A stretch of 62,631 nucleotides of DNA, the filler included, from Choristocarpus tenellus KU-1152 (lineage: Eukaryota > Protista > Phaeophyceae): the NCBI GenBank assembly GCA_964200185.2. It is 8 parts of 8 records of this genome, joined end to end, with 100 filler letters (N's around TTAATTAATTAA, not from the genome) between each part and the next. Parts side by side here need not be neighbours in the genome. Positions count along the whole stretch, not along the records: positions 1 to 6,792 come from CAXNAD020007341.1; positions 6,893 to 23,637 come from CAXNAD020000779.1; 6 more parts are not named here. The stretch is one strand, 5' to 3'. This document shows, piece after piece, positions 1 through 13,397 of the stretch (the stretch's first letter is position 1; every line of letters starts with the position of its first letter). The notes below the pieces were generated by a model. It saw only the letters and a list, made by a program, of their open reading frames with translations. It was not told the DNA's origin and made no database searches. The translations under genes were made by a program, and so were the position numbers.

Positions 1-85
1 ATAATGTAAATACACTTTTCCTGATTTTGGTCCAAAAGGAGACCCTGGTGTAGACCCCCGCCCCCCCCCCCAGATACTTCAGGTC
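1..85 (-). mobile_element. MITE family A copy (partial, cut by window start)
   Basis: Reverse complement of the family A left half (cacttttcctgattttgg...ccctggtgtagacccc...cagatacttcaggtc), matching the copies at 27260 and 40710. Confidence 0.8.
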
Positions 86-884
86 AGGTATGGTGCAAAA
101 AAACATTTTGGATTATATATACTCTTTTTTGCGACGTTTGGCCGCATATACCCCACGTTACTTTTTGGCATGGACCAGCTAGCTACTTTGTCCTCATCAT
201 ACTGTAGCGTGGACCCCTCCTTGTCACTGTCTGGTTTTCGTGTGATGCTATAGGCTTTTGGGCTGGATAAGCTCTGAAAGGACATGGAAGGGTTACCTAC
301 ATTTTAGTGTCTGCCACGAGAAGAACACCAAATATATGTGTGCTCACTTTGCTTTTTATGCTGTATGAACCAATTACTTGATTACACTTTTCCCGCTATC
401 CCGATAGTAGATGCTGTAGTTCTTGGGTGCTCGATCACTCCCAAAGCACTGTTTACACTTGTAAGAGAATTTTAGCATACACTCTCTGCCGTTTAATGCT
501 TCCTCATTTAAAACTTCAAATATTGTTATTGTTCCCAGTGATGTTCAATTTTCCACCCTATTCTAATAATTCTGTATCACCTGTAATTGCTTCTTACCGT
601 GTGGGCTACCTATTAAAACTCAATTTTTCTGGTCATACCATCAGATGCCCCTTGCCCTAGGTGTTTGCCTCATGCAAGTTTAGAATCCGATCAAGAAGTT
701 ACACAAATTTTGTCCATATTCCTAGTACTATATTCCTTCTGCAATATCTACCTACTCGGTCGTACTCCGTAACTCTAGCGCTATGACTATTTGCATTGCC
801 TTTATTCATTTCTTGCTTCTGGCACTATTTTTTCCAGTCATGCCACCGATTGTATCTGCCTCCTCCGTCAAGTCTTGCACTCAA

Positions 885-1143
885 GAGCCAAAGTATCTTA
901 GAGGATAGAGCCGCGTCCATTTGGGGGCCAAAATCCAATGTTGCGATGTTGATGTAATTTTGGCTATCGTGTTTGCTAGGAAGTATCAATGTCCATATTC
1001 TGGACACACCATTTCATAACGCATATATTTTACCTACTCCGAAACGTTTTGGAGTAGGAAAATGTCATAAAAAAAAACATGGGAAGCCAAGCTTCAAATG
1101 GACAAACAGGGCAAAATTCGCACCCTCTAAGATACTTTCACTC
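885..1143. mobile_element. MITE family B (~259 bp), full length
   Basis: TIRs gagccaaagtatcttagagg / ccctctaagatactttcactc. 4-bp direct repeat TCAA on both sides (881-884, 1144-1147). Internal hairpin cctactcc...ggagtagg. Homologous to 31717 and 57114. Confidence 0.85.
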
Positions 1144-1823
1144 TCAACCTGTTCTGCTGCAATATCACCTCACCACCTAGTTTTTGGGTGTGTGGTATAG
1201 TGGCAGACATTAGAGTACAGGAGCACAACCCGTCGTGTAGTTTTGCTATGTGAACTCTGGGCCATCAAAAACAGTTTTAGATCAAAATAAGTCTTCTGAT
1301 GTGGGGTGGGTTTATACCCAAGAATACTTGGGGCAGAATGCTGTCTTTTTTTTTACACTGAGGTAAAAGGACAGTGTGGCACTATTCTTCATCCACCTGA
1401 CTCAATTTTGGCTCCAATTCATCATATATTGCAAAAAGCAGACTGGATTTAGTCACCATTCAGTGGGACAATACAGATGAATAGTGTGCTCAGCTCCTTG
1501 TCTTGTTGTTGTACTCTATGACGTTTTACCACAGTGCAGACTATGCTGTGGTGTACAGACACTACGTTAACTCACTGATTTGTGTAAGGTGTTAGTGTCA
1601 CGCCATCAGAATATAGTGTTGTTTGCCACTTTGAAGGCGGCATGCGATAAATTCCTAACGAGCGTGCCCACCTTTTAGCACTAACCCTAACCCTAAAGTA
1701 TTTCATTATCTGCATCGAGAGTGAATATGCAATATTGATCGGAAAACTGTGTGTGAAGCAAAGTTTGATCCCAAACCCCTCATCCCTTTATCCTTCATTC
1801 CTCATCCAACAACCTGATGCTAG

Positions 1824-4800
1824 GGAAATCATCGACGTGGAAGTCAGGATCTTCGAGAACATTTCCGTGGGCTTTGCAGTTGTCCTGACTGCTCTCTACC
1901 CTTTCATCAGGTAGACAGCATGCAGCATTTCTTGATTGTTAGGCTGACTTCATTTGTGAGCAAAGTGTCTGGCGGGGGCTACCTTGTGTTATCAGGTTGA
2001 AAACCAACAATGATAGCAGTGATTCCTTGTCTGTGGACATCAGGTGGCTCTGATGTGATGATATATTTGTTCTTGTTACAAAGTTTCAATCCCAAGATGT
2101 GTTGTTGTAGAGTTATCTCGGTCACCTCCACCACCCTAGGAGATGCAGGCAGATTAGTTTTTAACGATGCTAGATCTATGGAGCCTTGTTCTGGTTGTGG
2201 ACCTACATTTCCTTCCATATGCAATATTTTGAGCATTCAAAAAGATTGTCTTAAATCAAACGTACCACCTAAATTATAGCAGCACAAGCACACTGTTGCT
2301 TCCATCACCACTAGATGCACCATGATCTATTTTTTATGTATCTTTCATCGGCAGATGTTCAATGCATACAGGGTCAGGCTTTAAGACTTGAAGGTGGGTT
2401 TCACGAGAAGTATGAGTACAAGGCTCAATCCTTTATGCTGGTGACGTGAAGTAATACATTACTAATCACTTACATGCATTGAAAATATGCTATTTCAATG
2501 TACTTCGAAGTAACATACTAGACAATACTTCTGTTCAGCATCACCTCCAATAGTTTAAAGGTCAGGTTGTAAATACGCAAGAAGGTATTAGATTTTCATT
2601 TTTTTTGTGGGGCTCTTGGAGAAGTCAACAAAAAGGATATCCCGAAATGTCATCGAAATCTGAGTCAGTCTACTTATTCTACACCATCCTTTGTGAGCAA
2701 CAAGCAATGCCTTTCTGATGCGAAATTTTTTCTGATGGACACAAAATGTTCGAGCTGATACTGACGGGATAAGCATGTAGTTATCATTATTATTATCATT
2801 GACCAAAATATCACTGCTCGCTTGATATAATGCACCATTGCAACCACATTCTGTCGGTCGTGCTAGATTTTTATTGTGAAGCATCTATCAAGACATTTTG
2901 TTCAGATAGCGACGACTCTCACAACTTGATTCTGTTGAAAGTCCTTGTGACCATGAGTGTAACCCTTCGAGAGAGATTGACATGTGTGGATTGGTGTGTT
3001 TCATGTTGATATTGAGATTAAGGATCCAATAGTGGCAGTTGTTTCTCTTAAGATTGTTGAGCTAGGGCACCTTCCCATGTGCATGATGTCCGTATTATCA
3101 TGTCAAAGCTATTCAAAGGTAATTTTGTGGAGCTTAGACGCACTCGGTTTAGAGGTGGGCTTCATGAATGATAACCCCAATAGCTATACTTACACATCTC
3201 AATAAACTCTCTGGCACACAAGATGATTAGAACACATATCCAATGGAAGGTGTGATAGTTGATTCATTTCAGTACAGCAATGCCTTTGAGGCGGTAAGGG
3301 CAACACTATCTGTTGTAATGTCAAATTGTTTTACCTTTGAGTGTCATGCCAGTTAAATCAACAATATGTATAGAATCAGTGACTCTCAATCTGTTCGCAA
3401 TTCCTTGCCCTATAGCCTCAAAACGGAATTTTAGCCCTTACCATCCTGTTCCACCCCATGTTGTATGTGCCAGGAACGTCGATGATATGTTCAAGATCAG
3501 CACAGAAATCATTATGGTAATATTTCTCTTGGTATGTGTAGCTGGTGAGTGCATGAAAACATAATCACCTGGCCGTTGTGGAGTAATTTGTTGTGTTGTA
3601 TCTGTCACAAGACGTCACTCTCACTCTATGTATTGGCATGCTTAAAGCTGCTGTAGTGGTTGCTCAGCTTGCCATGAAGTTTGTGAAGCTTTCACATATC
3701 AATCCCACTTCCCTTCACACACTTCTCACTCTTACCTTGCAATGAAATCCACTGGGGGCTATAAATATCTAGGCAGAACAGTCATAATATTGACCATCCT
3801 GACCCTTCCCCTGACTTGTGTGTACCCAGGGACTGGTAAGGTGTCGGCGGCATATGCAAGTGAATATGTTGCAAAACTTATTTCAGTGAATATATACTGT
3901 GTAGTGGCGAGTATGTCTTTTCTTGTCAGGTAAGATCACCAATTTTTATTGGCAGGTTGATAAGAAAGTGAAATGGAGAAGAATAAGAGGAAGACAATGT
4001 GTTTAGTACAGCAAGAGAAGTACTGGTTGGGTTTGGGCTTCTCAATCGATCTGAGAGACTTCTGTTGCTGCTGCTAGGTTTATTCGACAATCTTGTGCTC
4101 TCCAGTGGTCACGAATTTTGTTTTAGTGATAGCAACCACAGTAAGTCCGATAAAATGCATTTTTGAGGTTCTTCATGAGTTGTGGGATGGAATAGAAGCT
4201 TGTATAGTGGTAATGGTTGGGCTTGGCAGTACAGTTGCTTTGGAGCAATAGAGCTAAAGTCACCTTTATATGGTAACTCAATAAACACCCCTACGAACTT
4301 CGTTTTCGAATGACTGATCCCCACAGCATTATGGAGCCAATCTGGCGACTGACTTTTGATCCCCATGCGGCTTCTAAGAGGGACTATGCAAACAGGGTCA
4401 TCCTCAGCCGTAAAGGCAGGAGGTAGGAAGGTTGATACATTGCACTGCCTAAGTTGAGAGATCGTGTTCATCAGTGTGTTGACTTTCTTATCTCCGAGTC
4501 CTAAACCAACAGCTTTGTTTTGGCCTTGATCCATTCCATTGCCATACCACAATCAGTTGCCTTGACCAGGTTGAAAAGGTCAATGTATCCTGGTGTATTT
4601 TATTAGACATAGAGGGTATCCCATCAGAGCAAGTGTTGCTTGTTTCAACCCCTTGCCCATCAATCTCACTACAACTTGATAGGTATTAAAGTTTTAAAAG
4701 TGTTTTTCATGGTCAAGAAAAAATATTTTATTGGTGGTTATACACTCTAAAGATGCGAGCACATTGAGGTAGTCAAAGGTAGAGAAGTATGAGAGGTGAA

Positions 4801-6708
4801 GACGAAAATGCCCGTCAGTCCTTCAAGCAAAAAAAATGACCAAGTCACATCTTTTTTCTTTGGCCACAAGATAGCACCAGTGATTAGAGCAATAGCAAGA
4901 CTTCAAGCTCCGCATACCCCCATCCCCTGGTTTTCTTGAGAGTTGTGATGAGGTGTTGAGAAGCTGTCATCCAAGGCTGGGGTCGATTGACTCATTAGAT
5001 ATGAAGATCCACCCGTTCCAAGCATCAATGAAACCCATTCCCACACCCTGGTGATGTGGCACACAGTTCATTAAGGACTTCAGTGCTACACACACCATCC
5101 CTGAGCTTGCCGATAGTCTTGATCGGATCAACATGGTGTTAGGAAGTCATAATCCAAGTCCGAGGGTAATTTGACCCCCCATTCTAGAAAACATTGAAAA
5201 AATTTGTGTAGTTCTCTGCTGTCCTCATCTCTTCACACAACTCAAGCTCTCTTGGGTCACTGTTTAGGTCCAAAACCCCCAAGTTTGGATGTTCTATCTC
5301 TCTGAACTGGCATCTATAATCACTTGTGCTCCTTGTCTATTGAAGACATGGCTTGAGCTGTATTGTATTGTGTTTTGTTGTGTGTAGACTGAACTTCCCT
5401 GTGGGTAGCAGGGTTCAAATGTATATTTGTTTCTTAATATAGTTCCTGGGCCATATCCTAACTGAACCTGTGTGGTAACAACTTTGCTTAGTATTTTGTC
5501 AAGTCAGTTCAATTCTACTCCATCACATGGCAATGTCCCCGAGAAAATAATATATTGAGCCCTTTTATTCTCTAATACGTGAAACGTAAGCCTCTTTATC
5601 CATCCCATTCAACCTCAGGAGTTCAGATGTACACTCTTCTAGTATGACACGAGTAAGTGAAGCAGAGACATCTTCTATCATAGATGTGCCAGAAGCTGAA
5701 AGCAGTGTTTGGACTCTTGAGCAGGTTGCTTCAACACCTATGCTGGCAGCTGCTTTTGAGAATTTTGCTCGAAGGGCAATGTGCCAGGAATCTGTAATGT
5801 TTCTCAATGCTGTTTCCAGGTGATCTGGAATGCTAAGAAAGAGAAAGATAGAAGGGTGCAGGTACTGCTTTTAAGATTGGGATGTAACTGTTAGAGTATG
5901 GCAGTTTCATATATGGGAGAACTGGAGGCATCTTCTGAGATTTCACGTTAATTTCTGTGTATGCTGGGGTAAGGGAAGCTGATGTTAGTGGAGAATGAAA
6001 TGCTGCAAGGACAGGTGCTGTTACTGCCGAGGGGTAAAACAAGTGTTTTTATCCAGATGATGCCCACTTCCAATACATGCTCGTGTTTTCACTATATCAT
6101 CTCGTGGTTTGAGAAAGGTAACATGCATGGAAAAATCGGACTATGTTTTAATTGCAGAACTACCTCAGCCGTGCGTGAGGACCGCATATCATTCTCCAAG
6201 GGCTTTGAGCATCGTATACCTTGGACGAGAAAACACTTTACACCACGTTTGCCCACAAAACTGACGATGGAAACATATGCAACACTCTGTAGTGCCCATT
6301 ACATCTCCAGACGAAATTGTACATATCGAATGTTATGTACATAACAGAAGGGTTAGCACAAAGTGGTAACATAGTGTTAGAAAGGTGTGATGTCCAAGGT
6401 GTGAAACACTACTACCACTCAGTAATTTTCTAAGTTTTAGTTGAAGCAAACTTGTCGTCGCTCATATGATACGACCTCTACATCACACATTCAGTCAGAA
6501 CATTTGGTCAGACTTCAAGTGAGTTCTTTCACCATTTTCTTTGCCGCTACATGTATCCTGACCTGCTGTGTCTACCTTTTTTGGTTCGTAGGTACCAGGA
6601 TGGTGATTTCGAATGTCTGGACTCAGAAGGAAGATGTCAGTTTGAGGACTTCTCCTCAATCACCAAGACTTACATTTGTAGTGGGGCCCGAGAGGAGATC
6701 AACATCAG
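1824..6708 (+). CDS. 7TM-RGS (membrane-anchored regulator of G-protein signalling), partial, spliced
   Basis: AG/GT-bounded exons: 1824-1910 (EIIDVEVRIFENISVGFAVVLTALYPFI, TM) splicing in phase to 3474-3544 (RNVDDMFKISTEIIMVIFLLVCVA, TM); 5619-5819 (WTLEQVASTPMLAAAFENFARRAMCQESVMFLNAVS) splicing in phase to 6592-6708 (RYQDGD...FSSITKTYICSGAREEINI), matching RGS-box motifs. Exons between 3544 and 5619 and both gene ends are unresolved. Confidence 0.75.
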
Positions 6709-6792
6709 GTGAAGGTTGTGCAAAAGAGAGCTATTCCAATAGAGTCTTTGCTTTATGTTTTATGGATTTATTTATTAGCGGAGTGAGCACAG

Positions 6793-6892
6793 NNNNNNNN
6801 NNNNNNNNNNNNNNNNNNNNNNNNNNNNNNNNNNNNTTAATTAATTAANNNNNNNNNNNNNNNNNNNNNNNNNNNNNNNNNNNNNNNNNNNN
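6793..6892. other. Artificial contig linker (N44-TTAATTAATTAA-N44)
   Basis: Identical 100-bp spacer with stops in all six frames. Repeated at 23638-23737, 35090-35189, 41491-41590, 47332-47431, 51526-51625 and 59425-59524. Confidence 0.98.
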
Positions 6893-9800
6893 GTAGTATC
6901 CTTTGCACCTCCAACGACTACTGTTCCCCCAACAACACCACCCTGAGCCTTCCCCCTCTTCCCCATAGCATTTCCACCCCTCCCCCCAAGGAAAGGCTGA
7001 GGTGCCACAGAAGTAAACGTGGAAGCATCAGTGGCACCCAGGCCCATTATTCGTGACCCCTTGCCATTGTCTGTCCCACCACCACCACCCCCAATAGATG
7101 ACCAAGGTGTAGTGCCCACGGTGTTATCTGCTGACTTTTTCATCACTACTGGCTTGGCACTTGTCTTTCCCTTCCCATTCTTAGACCGACCCTGCTGTGT
7201 GCTCCAGCCGCCATCACCTACACCTCTGCCATTCATACTGGTACGGCTGATGCTGGTGTTGGTACTAGCACCTTCCATGGGAAAGAGTGATAACGGAAGT
7301 TGGGTTTCATGTACACAGAGATCGTCTTCGATCAGGACAATGCACTAAATTTCTAAGGCAAAATGGGGCTTCAGCAGAGCAAGAAAAATGTGGAAAAATA
7401 ACAAAGCCCCTGGTGTTGGCAAGAAAGCGCAACCTCCCTGCTGCTCGATTTGGACATTTTAAGAAAAGAATGACAAATAATGAAAGCAGCTGGATCCACC
7501 ATATGCCAAGGGAAAAATGCCGAGCCACGATTGGAATTACGATCTTTCTTCGACATAAAATGATGTGTACATGAGACAGAACGGATGTGCAGGGTCTACC
7601 TAGCTTTCTGTAAAGCAGAGACATTTCATGATACCCAACAAAATGTCCAGATATATAGGATGTTAACCTTGAATTCGGGGGAAAGTGGAAGAAAAGAGGT
7701 ATGAAGGATTCCATTGTGAGAAACTTTCAACACAATTAACCTCAACATCAAGAAAGAGGGTCAGGTGCATAAAACCTAACCACAGAGAATGAATAATAGC
7801 TTCTGGCATAATATTTTCTCTTAATTAAGGGTGGTGTTGTGCTTAGGAGCCACAGTGAGTGCACAGTTGATAGCTATCATGTTTCCCTCGTAGGTCACAA
7901 AAAAAAATCAACCTTTCACTTCCCCAGTGCAACAGGTCCTGTACCATTCATAATCCTTCACAATCTGTAACAAAAAAAGCATTAGAAGATTTGATACATG
8001 TTCTAACAGTTCTGACATTTCGATCCATCTCAGATTCATCCACGCAAAGGAAAGTTGCAATCACACTATAAACATTTAGTGAAGAGATAGGCACAAAAAA
8101 GTAATCCAGGACAGCAAGGATATTTACAAATAGCTATGGTGGATGGTTAGGTCTCTCCTCCTTAATACTTGGGTTCAACATATGAAAAGCTAAGGGATGT
8201 TCATTCTCATATTCTCAGAGAATTCATCCTCAGTAAGAGCAGATATCATCATTCCAAACATTGTCATTATGGATTTTGGAGGAAAAAGTAGGACTCACCT
8301 CCTGTTGATTGTAGCCCCCCCCTCCTATGCCTTGATCCATTGGTATGGCCAGCACCTTGATTAGAGGAACCAAAGCCTGTCACCCCTAAAGTTGCATCAC
8401 TTCTATCCCTTCCAGTAGGCTGAACAGTGTTGGGTTTTGCTCCAAAACCCCCCCACACTGAGCTGCCAACCCCCCCACTGGGGGCCTTACCAACTCCACC
8501 AAATCCTGTGTTGGGAGTTTTGGACTTCACCCCAAATCCTCCACCAAATGTGCTTGGTGTTCCCACAAACCCACCCGCCGCTGCACCAGTACCATTGTGG
8601 GGTGTCAATGAACGGGCTGCACCATTCGCCTGTGTCAACCTATGGAGTCCCGCATTGGGCTGTGCTGTAGTGCTGTGCAATCCCCCACCATTTGTACCTG
8701 CAGCTGCCCCACGCTTGGCCGCTTCAGCGTAAGTCCCACCTCCAAGTGCAGTGGTAACGCCTGTAGGAGGTGCACCAGAGGATGAAACTGTGACACCTCC
8801 GAAACCCGTCGTTGGAATACCACCCGAGACAGACGGTCGCATTGTCCCGAAACCTCCACTACCTGGAGTGCTCCCCACCCACCCACCTTTTGGTCCTGAA
8901 CTAAGCCCTGCCCGACCGAAGCCGTTGCCCGATCCAAAGACTCCTGGGGTCACTCCTCCAAGCCCAGAGGCTTGCTGCGCCGGAGGCCCTGCAGACGACA
9001 CTCCTCCACTTCCCAATGCCGTCATACTGGAACTTCCGAAGCCTACAAAGGATGAATTTCCGCGCAAGGGAGCCTGCTGCGCCGGAGACCCTACAGACAA
9101 CACTCCTCCACTTCCCCATGCTGTCATACTGGAACTGCCGAAACCTACAGAGGATGCATTTCCGCGCAAGGGAGCCTGCTGCGCCGGAGACCCTACAGAC
9201 AACACTCCTCCACTTCCCCATGCTGTCATACTGGAACTGCCGAAACCTACTGAGGATGCATTTCCGCGCAAAGGAGCCGGCTGCGCCGGAGACCCTACAG
9301 ACAACACTCCTCCGCTTCCCAATGCTGTCATACTGGAACTGCCGAAAACTACTGAGGATGCATTTCCGCGCAAGGGAGCCTGCTGCGCGGGAGATCCTAG
9401 AGATGACACCCCTCCGATTCCCGTCCATGTCATACTGGAACCGGCGAAACCTGAGGATGATATTCCGTGCAGTGAAGCTTGCTGCGCTGGAGAAATGAAT
9501 GATGATGAAATATCTCCCCCCCCAAGTGTTGTTGTAGAGCCAACAAACCCAGTAGAGGTTCCTACCCTAGACAACAAAGACGCCTGTTGTGCCGGAGACC
9601 CAGCAGACGAGAAAGTCGGGTTCCCACTCCGTGTTCCTGTTGGTTCGTCGAAACCTGCTGATATATTTCCCACACGGAGAGATGTCTGCTGCGCCGGAGA
9701 ACCCAATGACAAGAGTGCCCCCCTACTACCTGTTGTCGTTGTGGAGCCACTTAAACCATTTGTTGTTGATCGTGCGAAGGATGCCTGCTGTGCTGGAGAC

Positions 9801-10045
9801 CCTAAGGAAAATTGAGAGGTTGTTCCAAAGCCTCTTCCACTCCCAAACACCCCACTCCCACTGACACCAGAATTAGTGCCTAAACCTGGATTTGTCCCAG
9901 AGCCAAATCCGCGCGTATTTCCACTTTTCGTCCCCCCAAAGGCGGCAACCTGGAACCCATTGCTTGCAGCACCAAAGCCACCGCCCCCGCCTCCAGGTTT
10001 TCCTCCCTCACCAAACCCCGTTGTCGATGGTGCACGGCCAAACAT
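6893..10045 (-). CDS. FG-repeat (nucleoporin-like or GANP/SAC3-like) protein, N-terminal part; runs off contig end
   Basis: Long first exon from 10045 starts MFG..., has about 20 FG dipeptides in G/S/T-rich sequence and ends at a GTGAGT donor near 8298. A Gly-rich downstream exon at ~7271-6893 is truncated by the gap. No folded domain is visible, so the family is unassigned. Confidence 0.65.
8965..9805 (-). repeat. Coding tandem repeat, 102-bp / 34-aa unit (GSPAQQA...FGSSSM...), about 9 units
   Basis: gcgcaagggagcc recurs at 102-nt spacing (9062, 9164...). The SPAQQ-like motif occurs 9 times. The central 4 units are near-identical and the outer ones are diverged. Confidence 0.9.
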
Positions 10046-11087
10046 TATTTATGCGAGGAATTCATCCAAAGGGATACTCTTCTTCTGTCACAATCGTGAA
10101 CGCGACTGTTTTCCTTTTCCCTATTGCTATTTGTACTACCTCCTTACATATTTTTTCCATGTTACAAATATTTTGAGAATGCCTTCCAATATTTTGATGG
10201 TTTCGTTATTTTTACACACATCGAATAACGTGATCTCAACGTAAGCGTTGCCCTAGAACGTTCGGTAATACTCTCCTAACACGCCTAGTCTGTTTTCCTC
10301 AAAAAAGTCTGTTGTTTAGACTACGTTAAAGAGTGCGTTCCTCTACGTGTGTTGTATATATAACGCTGAATTATTTCCCCAATAACGCTCGTTGTAGAGG
10401 TTAAGCCTTGTGCATATCGTCTGCTGTCAGCACTGAATATACGTTCAGCATCATTTCCTGTATGATGTGTATGTTATCCAGCAAACGTTCATGTCCATCT
10501 ACAGTTATTTATATCCACAATAACGTTTGGCTCCATCCGCTCGACCATTATTCGACGAAGTGACCCACATTATTTGTTTTTAAGAGTTTGGCATTTCCAA
10601 ACCAGAGAGTGAGAAATAGAAGAATTTTGATCGAAGGAATATTCTTGATGTGCGTTCATTGTTCTGCTCATTATTTTTATTTTCTAGAAAATACTAAAAC
10701 CCTATTTCTCCCATGAAGTCCGTTGCCCTGTACAATGATTGGACTCATTTGCTCTGTGATACCTGTTGTCTAGGACACAAATCAAGGCAATTTACTCTGT
10801 AACACCTATTATTGTTTGGCAGGTTCTTGAGTCTATTTGTTTGGTAATGTCCACTGTTCAAGACAAACTCCTGTGGCCATTCGTTGTATAATATCCACTA
10901 CCTGGATGTTTTGTTGTCTGTAATACCAATACATTTTAGTTGTGTTACGTGTTATGCAAGCATTGCATTGTCCAATGTGTGGAAATGAGTATTGAGGGCG
11001 GGTAACCAATGAATGGTAGACTTCTATCACATAATGGGAGTTTATAGAGCTCTAGAGCTGCACAACTATGCAAATACATGGCCTTAC

Positions 11088-11571
11088 CTATTCTCCCCAG
11101 GAGGCATTGAGAATGAGGAACTGCGAACCAGGATTATGGAGTCAATAACCAAAACCACCCCACTCCCCCATGAAGCCCATCAGGCAAGGAAATTCCATGG
11201 AATTTTCGGAGGAAGAGATTTTCCATCCACCTGAAAACAACGTGAGGCACCCCTGATTTTCTCTGCTTGTCAGCATACCTGCTTTGCTTGGCTTGTTCAT
11301 CATCATCTGTGCACCCACAATGAGGAATCCTCTTTGAGGTAATGAAAGCTCTATATTATTAACTACTGAGTGGAAGGAAAGGGTAGGTTCCCCATTATAG
11401 AAATGGCTGGAGACCTAACCCTAAACCTAGGTACTTTGGGTATATAAACAAATACAGAGAATTTGACACTGCCCATTCTCCCAAGGCGGCTTTGGGGACG
11501 AGGAACTGAGAACCAGGATCATCGAGTTTCTCGTTTCCCCTTAAGCCGCCCATCAGGCAAGGAAATTCCAT
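11088..11571 (+). repeat. Local diverged duplication (~100 bp x2)
   Basis: attctcccc.aggaggc...gaggaactg.gaaccaggat...gcccatcaggcaaggaaattccatg at ~11088-11200 and ~11473-11571. Confidence 0.7.
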
Positions 11572-13397
11572 GTAATAATCTAGGTAGTATTATCACTTCT
11601 ATGCTAGAAATTTATTCTTTGCTATACTTGTTCACTATCATTTGTGTGGGGTATACATTGAGCCCTTTCTAAAACAATAAATTAGTACTAAATAGTGTGC
11701 TATAAGAACATACTATATACCTGTTGATGACGTTTAATGCTTCTCACGCTTGGACTATTATAGTATTTACCCAATATAAAAGTTGAACTTACATCAGGCA
11801 CAGAGATCTGTAAATCTAAATGACTCACATCGAATCAGGAAAAAGGTATTGTTCCTGCGCTTATATTCCGGTAGGTGATGAGGACCACACCAGTCCAATC
11901 CCATTGTCAATCACATAGATATCTTCTGATCTAAGCTACTCCTTGCAATATATGCATATACCCTAGAGTATAAGAAACAGTAGATTAAGAGCTGGGCAAT
12001 CTCAATCACGGTCTCACGACGGAATACAGAAGGAGAATTTGCGTCAAAAGCTCCACTGCATGATAATAGTAGGCCTATGCAAGTATCACTCCTATCAGTG
12101 GAGCTGGTTATGACACATTGCATTTGTAAGGCCCGCATCAAAATGGCATGGAACATGAAATTTAAGGAAGTACAGCAGGCACACTGATAGTAGGGAGTGC
12201 TACATACCCCATAGTGTGTCAGTGCATCAGTAACAACTTGTTCTTCACACAAGGTGCAGTATGATAGTTGGGCTGAAACAAGCTGCATCTCACCACAACC
12301 ACATCTTGGCGTAAAAATCACTGTATTGAACAACGCTTGCTATATTTTATTTTCTTGTCCCCAGTCAATTCTTGTGTTGAGACATCAAGTTTCTGTTTAC
12401 CTGGTGGTGGAATGACCTCCATCTATCCATTTTCCTCTTGTCAGGAGATAACAATGGACACACGGAAAATCAACTCAACACTTCATATCAATTTTGATTC
12501 CTTAATCAACCAGCCACCCCTGTTGGTGTTGTGAACCATATTGTCATGACCACTCACAGCTGTCTGCTGCACCTACAGTGCTAAGTATGCAAAACCAGGT
12601 CTGCACAATCTTTGCCTTAAGTTTCATGCTTGCTTCACCATGTCCTCGTAGGCTTAGGCTCGTCTCCTTCATGGCAGTGAAAAGAAACAATTATGGATTG
12701 CGATAACTATATTTGTTTATCAGTGTGCTATTATTAACCTCATTTCAACAAGACAACCTGAAAGTCGGTGGGCTTCTCACCTAGCACTACTCCACAGAGA
12801 CAATCAAACTTGCCACAGACATACATGCTCTCTTCAGAGTGGCAAAGTAAGAATGAGGAAGCAAAATCTGAAGTAGGCTACGAGATATATAAGCCAGGCA
12901 CACCATCTGATATCCCGATTGCTGGGATATGGAGGGGATTCACACAAAGAGTAAAGAAACACAAATTTTGCATTGCTAGGACATGAGAAGATTTCCACAA
13001 AAATAAAAGAAACATAGAACATTAATTGATGGGACAAGGAGGGGATTCACACAAAAAATAAAAATAAAACACCAACGGTATCGTAACACAACTACACACA
13101 ACCTAACTGACCCTCACTCCTGTACATATTGTCTAACACAAAAGGAAGAGCAACTATGAGAATCTAAGAATGGTCCTGTTCAAGTTGCTCTTGGATGATT
13201 TTACAGTCCTGCATCTCTCTCGGTTGGTCCCTATGTGTTGCCACCATCAAGCACAGAGTGGGACATAATGCCTGGCAGTGTCAAGTCTCCCATTTTCATA
13301 AAACAGCAATAAATCCCACTACATCTATAACACTGACTTATTCATCTTCCCTCTGCCTCGGCTTTCCTTTGCTCCCCTCCATATTCTCTTCAAGCAA

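Noticed and set aside
4109-4552. 147-aa minus-strand ORF within the 7TM-RGS gene span
   Set aside because: Non-ATG start and no recognisable domain. Likely an intronic relic.
6793-6892. Recurrent TTAATTAATTAA palindrome inside N runs
   Set aside because: Artificial six-frame-stop linker joining contigs. Neighbouring contigs are not biologically adjacent, so no cross-gap gene clusters are inferred.
8751-9815. 354-aa plus-strand ORF with repeated CCAG motifs
   Set aside because: Antisense shadow of the repetitive FG exon. The lack of stops follows from its codon composition and the 102-bp repeat.
11911-12333. CGCGEMQL motif suggesting a SWIM finger of a MULE transposase
   Set aside because: Needs a frameshift to complete the motif and no DDE region is recognisable. 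Possible relic, too weak to call.
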